DNA from: Bugula neritina
Taxonomy: Eukaryota > Animalia > Bryozoa
Reading direction: 5' to 3'
DNA: 64,000 nt
Assembly (NCBI GenBank): GCA_964035545.1
Contig: OZ037767.1
Location: 25,498,628-25,562,627, forward strand
Every line of letters starts with the position of its first letter. Position 1 is the first letter of the stretch. Positions 54,247-64,000 of this stretch are shown in pieces. The notes below the pieces were generated by a model. That model saw only the letters and a list, made by a program, of their open reading frames with translations, did no database searches and was not told the DNA's origin. Made by a program: the position numbers and the translations under genes.

Positions 54247-55323
54247 TTAGTATGGCTTATGCATGTTTGCGAAAAAAGGCCTTGTGTAGTCTGTACCTCT
54301 TACTTCCAATCAAAACTGAACTATCTTTTGTCAAGTGTTAACAGTTTCTAATAAGACAGCTGAAATAATTATGCAGTTGTTGGATAGTTTAACAGCTAGG
54401 TAACTCTCCTATTTTTGGACAGATTCAGTTATTTGAGCCTCGGCCAGGTGAGTTGCAGAAAATATAGGTTGCTATTTTCTACTTTTCTACTTGTTTTTTG
54501 ATAACTAATACCGTAGTTCATAGCCTAATAATGTATTCATAAACTATTCATTAGTTCTCAGTCTAATTGTTACGCAACTTGCCAGCCACTTGGTTTATAT
54601 TTCATAAAAAATATTTTCTGCTTTGTAATATTTTTCAAGTCAGAAAGTTTGAAGACTAAACATGTTTAACAACCCTGGCAGCCCAAGATGTGTTTGTCAA
54701 TTTATTTGATAAATAAGAATTTATGAGATTTTGCTCTCACATCTGCACTATTCAAACTCTTATAGGTCTATTGTTATTGAAAAGATATTTGACCTTCTGG
54801 CATTTCATACATGTATACATGTCTAGCATCTAATCAAAACACATTCAAATATCAATACTGGTAGAGGTTAATGCTCCTATAGCTACTCCGCAATATAAAA
54901 CTCTAGAGTCTAGACTCTAGAGCAAGACTGATTCATTAGTCAACTAGCAGAAGAAACCTATACCTAGTTCCTAAAAAACTTCTTGAAAATAGACTTCTTA
55001 CCAAAACTAGACTACTTAATGACAACTCCCGGTGCTTTAAACTTTCAACATAAAATAATTTTTGTACCCACCCTTGCATAATACAAGTAATCAACAATCT
55101 TTTGATGTTTAAAAATATTCTTTTTCAAGACTGCTTTGCATAAAAGGTTTAAATTCGAGGTTTTACTTTATAGCAAACTCAATTTGGTTCTTCAGAAATT
55201 GGATGCATATTAATTACGTTGTTTACCAGTAATACCTTTGCTACACTAGAACCACAAAGCTAGTCAGAATTAAAAGTTGAAACTTCATTTAAAGCATTTA
55301 ATAGTGTGCTTTGAATTACAGAA

Positions 55324-58300
55324 ATGATCTCAAAGTGCTCAGCAAAAACACTGGTGGTTGGACTGATGTGCTCCTTTGTAATTCTCTGGGGTGGAAGGTA
55401 TTATTCAACTTTACATTTTTGCAATCAAATGCTGAACATGGTATAGCACTCATACAAGCATTTTTCATACCGGATTCAAACCATACTTATTTTCTATAAA
55501 ATAATCAAGCTTGAATAGTCCGAATATGCTATTTAAATTTCTAACTGGCTAAATTATGTCATTCATTCTATCTCATTTCTAGTAATTAATTTCATTATAA
55601 ACGCTCAAGTAATAGTATGCAGAACAAGTGGCATCTGCATATTATGCCTAGCATAGGCAGTGCTTGATGTTGCAATGTAGATGCATGATTATGCCATGTA
55701 GTAGACTTGTTAGAAATTAAGTTTGGGTAAACAGGTTTAATTTCAACAAGTTTATTTATCATACAACATCTATTAAAAAATGCCAAGTTTTAAAACATAA
55801 AAGTTGAAGACAAAATTATGCTTTTACTTAATTTTTGAAAGAAAATATTTTTATGAAAATATTAAAGCAAAATCATAAGCTCCAAATTACCAAGTAGATT
55901 TATTCAGGATTTTAGGTAGAAATGGCGCAAGGAAAATGGCTATTTCTTTCATAACCATATAAGAATCAACTTTGGATGACACTGTTAGACTTAATGCTTA
56001 AAATAGTTGCTAAGCATCTGTTGCGTCTTCTCTTGGAAACATGGTAATGTTACAGCAATTGCTGATCAATTAAGTCATCCCATCCAAAACTATAGATAAA
56101 ATATGTTAACAAACAATAAATTTATGAACTGGTCACTGTTTCTGACTGGGATCACAGCTAAACTATAGTTATAATAAAATTAAGCTTAGGTAGACTTATA
56201 TTTTGAATACTTTTATTATTGATTAACTATAGGTCGTTGCGCTAGCTGTGCTTGACTATAATTCTTGAAAATTTAAATTCCTTCTATTGCAAGTTTTGAG
56301 TTCAGGTTTTACTAGTAGCAATAGTAGTATGTTAAGATTTGAATCAAAGGTTTGGTCTATAATTTAAGAAGATCAAGTATTACTTAGCAAAGATGTATAA
56401 TTCCACATTGAGCATAATGTGTTTTATTCAACATTGAGTGTGGGTATTATTCAACATTGAGTGTGGGTATTATTCAACATTGAGTGTGTGTATTATTGCA
56501 GGGCAGTATTGAGCAGTTATGATAAAACTGAAGTCCTTCAAAATGAAGCATTTGCTAGAAGTTACGTGGAACTACTAAATGATTCAGAAGATATTGGTAT
56601 AAGTATACAAAGGTCGAATTTTATTGTCAGCAAATTTTCAAAAAGTTATCACCCAATCGTCAGCAAATCATCAACCAAATGTTGACTGCTGAATTTCTAC
56701 ATCTGTGCTGCTGAAATTGTGCCTCAAATTTTCAACAATAATTAAATTGCTGAAACTGCCAACTACTAAAATCCATTATAAAATAGTCAGCAATTCAGTA
56801 AATTGTTATCAGTAGTTGTCATCAATAGCTTGTAAAGCTTACGCTGTTGCATGGTGAGACAATTTCTACAATAAACCTTGATACTAGTACAATATAAGTT
56901 ATTTTCTATTTTATGCAGATAGAGGAATGAGTTCAATTAAGAGCCATACGTTAACCTTGAATTCTGATACACGCAGGCAACATGTGACATTCACAAGAAA
57001 AACAGCCAATCCTAGCAAAGTCCACCAGTTTATCTTGACCAAAGTAGAAAAAACGGGATCCTCTACTTTATTTTCTATCCTGAGTAGATTTACACAAATA
57101 TACAATCTTAATATTTTAACACAGAAAAACTTCCATCATATTTCATGGAGTCGTCCCAAGGGTGAAGGTGAGTTAAAATACTGAATAACATTCAAGCACG
57201 TAAATTTATTTTGCATCTAATTTATTAAAAGCTGTGCATTTTGTAATATTTACAAGATGTATTTTAATTGCATTATATAAATTAAAGTATAGCGACATAT
57301 TTGAACAGAGGAAAATGGGCTCCTACAGTTTATTGTTTCTTCAATTTGGGGGCATTATAATATCTCTGCTATTCCTGTTAGTTATGTAATTAAACTAATT
57401 CAAGTTTTATGTATCCAATGTGTGGCCTATGAATTCTCAGACTGTTTTGGTCTAAATTCGATGATATTTGTTGACTTATAGAATCATGTTTAATGTGTAG
57501 GAAGCTATATTATGAGCATGGGGCTAGTATTAGAGTATTAAAGTATATATTTTAATTACAGAGAAAAGTTGTTACTGCAGTGTTGGGTAGTAGAGAGGAA
57601 ATGCTTTTAGTTCACTAGGAACATGCGCTATTCAACCAAAAGCTTATCAATAGCTTTATGATCACTGAAAGTTCACTGATTAACAAAGTTTTAATTGTTC
57701 CTTTATTTTTGCTGCAACTAGAATAAGTATAAATCTATTTAATACCAAGACAGTGTGCTTTAATATGAGCTAACAGCTTTTGCATTGGATAATTTCTTTC
57801 AATTTTTGAGCTCTGACAAGTTCTCATTTTGGTTGTAGACTGGGATATTGGGCCAGAACCTGTGGATAGGGCAGATGTCCTTATCAACCATGCACGGCAC
57901 AACCAATCTGTTTTCGACAAATACATGAAACAAGACTACAAACTTATAGTGCCAGTTAGGGAGCCAGTGTCATGGATGAAGTCAGCAATAAAATATTACG
58001 CAGGCTACCGTATCATCAACCCAAAAGCTGTAAGATATTAATTTTGCCCAGCAAATTGTTATTCAACGTTTTAAAAGCAACACGTTTATTTGAAATGTTT
58101 CATACAAATGAAATCAAAATGTTAAATTTAGTATATTTTGTCTCAATCCATTAAAATAAATATATACTCCGCTGCAATACATTTTACAGTAAATTTTTTA
58201 TTCTGCAAGTTTTGTTCTCGCACACATTAGGCAGTAGGCAAGTGCTCAAGTCGTACTGCACAGAGGTCTTTTACAAAAACTAAATTTAGAGGCAGTGTTG

Positions 58301-60335
58301 ATGGAGATTGGTAAACATTTGAAAATAAATTCAAAGAAAACTATTTTCTAGCTTTGGACTGACGGTTTATCGTTATAGACAGCTTTCCAAAAAATTTCTT
58401 TGAAAGCTGGCGAGCTTCATTCAAAAACATTATTACAAGTCAATAAACTAGCATATGACAAAGCAGATGCCTTGCTAAAATGTTTAATATATGTATGATC
58501 ATGTTTAATATATGTATGATCATGTTTAATATATGTGTGATGGGGTGTAGCATATGTTAAATACTGTGTAAATGAAATTTAATGCTGCGATAAAATAAGT
58601 TTAATACTGTGTAATATAAATGTAATACTACATAATATAAGTGCAATACTGTATAATGAAAGTTTAATATTTTTATAATATAAGTGCAAGTGTGTAATGA
58701 AAGTAAAACTATGAGAAAGCTAATGGCTAGTTTTCTGAAAATTAAATGTTTGCAAATTTTGGAACTGCATAGCATTAAAAATATTATAGCTAAATAAATT
58801 ATTTATAATTAAAAAGTCCTCTACACCACTAGCTAAGTGTTTTAGAAAACTAAAGGCACTTTTATTTATAGTTGCATTTATTGTTTCTTTAGAAAAATTA
58901 GCTAATGGTAAATATTGCTATTTGTTGACATTTTTATTTTTCACGAAAGAATTAGACAAACATGTAATTATCTAGGTCATTTTATGGAAATAAATAAGAC
59001 AAAGTGCAATTATCCATGTACCTGTATTTTTAGTCAGCTGAGAGCATAATTTCTGACAGAGCTGTGCTGTATAAACAAAGGAATCAAGGTGGAATGAAGA
59101 CTTACTTTCATTTAGCGCAACTGCAGTGGCTAGGTTTTGATTATAACAACAGAAACAATTTAACAGCAATTAAGGAATACATATCCTACATCATTCCAAA
59201 GTAAGTAGCACCAAAATCAAAAAGCAAACTAATCATTAGTTTTAAAGCAGAATGTAGATGTTCTAAAATTGGTGTTTTATGCAATTGTCAAAAACAAAAT
59301 ATTTTTGTACAGTATTTTAGCAAAGCTACCAAGTTAATAGCAAATTATTTAAATATTTTTTGATCATTTATTGCATGATTTATTTACTTTTAAAATTAAG
59401 AAACCTGCAGCATCATAGATTTCACTATTTATTATTATTTGTTCAACTTTTGTATATTGTTTTACAGAATTGATATCCCAATACTATCAGATGAATTCGA
59501 CGCCTCTTTAGTTATTCTGAAAAGAAGATTCAACTGGGACTACATTGATATCTTCTATCAATCATACGTAGTTACCAAGTCAGACTCACAACCTCTCTCA
59601 AACTCTTCTATTCAAACCATTCTTTCTGCAGAAGTAAACCTTGGAGATCACTTACTGTATCAAGCTGTAAACAAAACTTGGTGGAGTCAGCCAGAAGTTG
59701 GCAGAAAAGAATTTTGGGAAGAGGTACATGCATTTCCTACTAAATAAGCTACTTGAATATTGCTAGAAGCAGCACTAACTTGAGAGTGGCTGAGTACAGT
59801 ATTTGTATACACTTTGTTGTCCAATCTCCAAACCCTAAACTCCAAACTCGAGCCCCAAACCAATGCACTTGAAGACCACAAACTCGGTGCTGCTTCTAGC
59901 AATTTTGATATCGCTCACTGCACTGCTGATCGGCTGCTGTAGATAGCAATATAGGAAACATTTTAATAAAATGTGGGAAGACAAATCCTTACATTTCGAG
60001 CAGATGCATTATAAGTTACTGATTCACATTAAAATATATGCTGTTGCTATAAATTTGAAAAGCTATTAGAAATCATGTATATTATAAAGTAAGATGCTAT
60101 ATTTATGCTTCAGGTATCATATTTTAAAGAGTTGAATCAACAAGTCACGGATATATGTAGTACAGTGGAGACAACTCAGAGAAGTTACACTATTGTACGG
60201 TCTCAGTATCATGATGACATTACTATAAGCCTTCAGCTTTGTTCCTTTCTAACTAAATCCAAATGTAACCTCGTTCAAGGAACAATCAGATATGCTCTCG
60301 GGAAGCAAACCAAGTTAGGATGGCAGTGTAAGTGA
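55324..60335 (+). CDS. Galactose-3-O-sulfotransferase (Gal3ST/cerebroside sulfotransferase)-like type II Golgi protein, 417 aa, 7 exons
   Basis: Exons 55324-55397 (signal anchor TLVVGLMCSFVILWGG), 56502-56596, 56919-57167, 57839-58029, 59034-59200, 59468-59723 and 60114-60335 are phase-consistent (1254 nt). Motifs: 5'-PSB KVEKTGSST, NHAR, 3'-PB VREP, EFDASLVILKRRFNW, DHLLY. Candidate 5' UTR exons at 53322-53368 and 54423-54447. Confidence 0.88.
56424..56492. repeat. 23-bp tandem repeat, 3 copies, just upstream of the acceptor at 56501
   Basis: TTATTCAACATTGAGTGTG at 56424, 56447 and 56470. Confidence 0.9.
58480..58540. repeat. 21-bp tandem repeat, about 3 copies
   Basis: ATGTTTAATATATGTATGATC at 58480, 58501 and 58522. 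Confidence 0.9.
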
Positions 60336-61484
60336 TGTAAATGTATCAGCAGATGTATAGGCTATTTCATGTGAGTCATTTGCCGTCTGCTAAATAAATA
60401 TAAATACATGTTTGTTATGCATTGTTGAAAAAAATATTTCTATAAAAAAGCTGTTTTGTTAGAGTAAAAATTTTAAACTTTCGAATTTTGTTTATTAAGA
60501 TTTTAGCTTACAAAGATAATAAACACTATATACTATGTTGACAAGATATGGAATTCTGTAACCTGTAAACCAGCTGCATGATATTCACAGTTACCTTATT
60601 TTTGCTTTGTCTGCTTGTGCAACTTATCTATACTCAGATATTTTTGTTATCTTTGTGCACCAAATATGTACCAATAGCCTTGGTTCGATACCATGCAATC
60701 AATAAATGTTTGATACGTATCAGTTATATACTTACTGAGATTGTAACAAGCTTTAAAGCAGTAGTATTCAAAAACTATGTATTGGTTGCTAATAAGTTTG
60801 TCATTAAATCTGTTTAGAAACTGTAGCCTTAAAAACTAATGTATTTTGTAACTATTTAGTATTTAGCTTTAGAGGGTGTGAATGTGCAGTAGTTAAAAAT
60901 TGGTAACTAGCACTATATAATATTATTTCTATCTTACAGTAGCTCTTACGTGTTTGTCTATAAAGTTATAAAATCTTGGCTAAAAACTAGTTGTTTTCTA
61001 GCTATATAAATATTGACCTACATTATATGGTGGCTCTGCATTTAATCCCACATGTCTTGTGTGTTTGATTTCCATATACCTAAAAGTTGACATCAACAAT
61101 GCCATGTGTTAGATATGGTATAGAATTAACTTCTTAATCCAAAACACTAATTCTCCCATCTAAGCTTTGACTTAATCACTCTATCTGATATAAATCATTA
61201 TTTAGCTCTTCATTGCCTTTAATTATACTTACACTTCGTTTAGACTAAGACCATCTTTAAGTACTGGATCTTACTACAGGACAGCTATTAGTTGCCTTGG
61301 CTCTTCCAATTCTCAACTTCTATACTCTTAGTTAGTATCATACTCTGTACATAAGGCTGAATTTCGTTCTAAGCTGTATAAAATGCTATTAAGGTATTCA
61401 CCACTTTATTTACACTAGACGCTTACTTACTTTCTACTGGCAATTAATTATTTCATCATGGACAAGCCTCTGGTAAGTTAGCGA

Positions 61485-64000
61485 ATGCCAAATAAACACA
61501 TCATGAGTTGCGATCAGAATGGCAATAAAATCTACGTGCAGCAGAATAGCAATGATATCTTCATACATCGGAACAACAATGACTTCTATGAAAAGCGGAC
61601 TAGTAGTTTCGGCTGTAAGAAAGGAAAGGCTGCTTGGCAGCTTTTACCAACTTCACCTGCTGCTTATGTAACCATAACTCTTGTTCTCTGTCTACTTATT
61701 GCTGCCGGATATATTTATCAAGATTTAAACTTTAAACTGCTGACTCTACAGAAGCAGCTTGACGCATACACTGTAAGTTTTACTTCATCATGCTTATACA
61801 GTTATCTATTTATGTTCTATACTTTATCTGTTTATAATATATACTGTTATCTCTTTAGAATCTATACTGTATCTATCTATATTCTATACAGTTATCTCTT
61901 TATGCTCTATACTGCATTTATGTATATTCTATACTTTATCTATTTATACTCTACACTGTATTTTTTTATATTCTATACTGCATCTCTTTATATTCTATAT
62001 TGTAACTCCTTATAGTTTGTACTCTATATTATTCTATATTTAAATTCTACCAAGTATACAGTACGTATAACAGGAGCTGAGAATGTTCATTTCAAATGTC
62101 TTGATTTATTATAACATTATAATATAGTGAATGCAGTTCGTCACAGCTAATCCTGGGCTCTATATGCCAAAACAAACCAATCAGCAATACATTCTTATCT
62201 TTTTGTCTCCAGAGGTAAACCAGAAATGTCAAACGATTTGTTATTTGCTAATGAATTCACAAGACCTTATCTAATTGGAATCAATATAATATTACATCAT
62301 TAAATTCAATCATTTTATTAAATGAATATTAATCTCTTGCACCTACATATGACAAAGCTATACACACCCAGTATGTTCACCAACCACAGTGACTGTTCCA
62401 CCTCTTTCTCCTCATAATGTAGTATCAGATATAAAACTAATCTACCATTTGGGTATTCGCCAGCATCTACCCAACATATGAATGTTAAGATTTTATAGGC
62501 AATTGTAAAACTGCAAATTTTACTCCATATTATGGGGAACCTTAAAATAACAATACGCAGTATGCTAAACACTTAATTCGTTTAGTGTTCCCCTTCTGGG
62601 AAGATTGCCTATAAGATGCTATTTAGAACTATAAGAATATTATAATGGCTAGCATGTGAATGGTTGCTGTCACCTAGCCATTCAGATTTCAGCGCCTTAC
62701 ATGGTCTAGTATAATTTTGATAATATTATGTAAATGACTTTTATTCTAAATAGCAGATCAATTTTTTGAACCTGAATATAAAATATTAGGCTGGATTGAA
62801 TGAGTAAGTATTTAGTTTCTAATGAAGCAAAATGTGTAGATAAAATCCCATTTAGGACTGTTACTAAAGTTTGTTGACATAAAGCTGTATAAATATAAAC
62901 TCTGAGGCATGAGCTTCTATCCCAGAGATAGCTTTCTAATTCAATGAAAATAGTAGAGACTTGGTTCAGAGAAATGATTTTCTATGATTTGGTTTGTAAT
63001 CTGTGCGTTTAGAAGGAAACATGCCAATGGTTTAACATTACATCTGATGCCATGCCGTCACTTGCTGTTGCTTGTATTATATTCTTGACAATTAGATTTT
63101 CAGCGTACTTAATCTGAGAATAATCTCTTTGGTTTGTCAGTTGGTATCTCTTGCTTAGAAGGACGCTGATGTCATACGGTCATAAAAAATAGTTTAATCA
63201 TTTGTTTTTAAACAAATCCTACACTCTAAATACCAGATTACTGACATAAAGTGACTGAGTCAAATTGCAAGAATATTAGTATTGTGGATTAGACTAGGAA
63301 AACATGAACCTATAACCAAAGTGTGTCAAGTCAAGCAGTTTTGCTAATGTACTTGCTCCTTAACTGCCTCAGGGCATGCAATATGCATAACAACTTTCTG
63401 ATAGCCCTATATTCTGACTTACAATGCAAGTGCCCAGACCACCCCCCCCCCTCCTCTTTTTATTACAGTTTTAGTTGTAAGACAACTTTTTGTGTAGCTG
63501 CATGCTGCAACTGTATAAATTATAATTCTTTCTTAAACTTATTAATATAGTATGAGAAACATTAATATAATATTTTACCTATCAAATGTAAGCAAGCATA
63601 GTTTATTACAATGCCCAATTTAAAAGCTATTTGCTCAACTAATTGTCAAAGTTATTCGTCTAACAGTTTCATTGTTGTTGGTGCAACTTACAGACAATAA
63701 CCAGGCGTTCCAAAAGGCAGCTAAGCTTCCCAAACTTCATCACAACATCTCATCCTGATTCAGATTATGGCCTCAAACAGTCTTTATGGCCCTCCCCCTT
63801 CCCAGGTACCCCTGTTTATTATATAGTAAGGTTGTGCTGTAATATAAAAATCTATTTATTGTAGCTTACGAAGGTATTATATACACGACCTCTAGAATCT
63901 TTTAATTTATTTAATTGTAATGGATTTTACAAGATAAATTATAATATATTTCTGATCTATTTGTGCAGATCTCAATAGCTCACCTGTAGACGATGTCTCC
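61485..64000 (+). CDS. Type II membrane protein with furin-type site, partial (continues beyond the window)
   Basis: Exons 61485-61772 (TM segment AAYVTITLVLCLLIAAGYIY plus a coiled-coil-like stalk, donor GTAAGT), 63694-63805 (TITRRSKRQLS...) and 63969-64000 join in frame (phases 0, 1). The ATG choice and any intermediate exons are uncertain. Confidence 0.65.
61790..62040. repeat. Degenerate 21-22-bp tandem repeat in intron 1 of the membrane-protein gene
   Basis: Recurrent TCTATACT.TATCT.TTTATA; it produces the Y/F/L-rich read-through tail of ORF 61485-62015. Confidence 0.75.

Noticed and set aside
54901-54922. Perfect 22-bp palindrome CTCTAGAGTCTAGACTCTAGAG
   Set aside because: Isolated and intronic; possibly a repair or excision footprint, but there is no supporting evidence.

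Overview
AT-rich, intron-rich eukaryotic (invertebrate animal-like) genomic DNA; most ORF-track entries are exon fragments or spurious. I reconstructed spliced gene models by hand using GT-AG boundaries and phase continuity: (i) a 9-exon divergent forkhead gene, FoxQ2-like (+, 8610-12706); (ii) an intronless orphan class-A-like GPCR (-, 15981-16931); (iii) a 4-exon, 115-aa Cys-rich orphan gene absent from the ORF track (-, 17974-19616); (iv) UTP20, about 53 exons (+, 22435-49084); (v) a 7-exon galactose-3-O-sulfotransferase-like gene (+, 55324-60335); (vi) the start of a type II membrane protein with a furin-type site (+, 61485 to window end). Mobile DNA includes a TA-flanked TIR element (866-3054) holding a nested, TSD-flanked RTE LINE fragment that keeps only its 5' end, an internally deleted Ty1/copia element, a Harbinger-like MITE and tRNA-derived SINEs. 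The most notable observations are the hidden Cys-rich gene next to the orphan GPCR, the 3'-truncated LINE with a perfect 17-bp TSD, and tandem duplication of 3' splice sites in three UTP20 introns. Family assignments come from motif recognition, not database searches.
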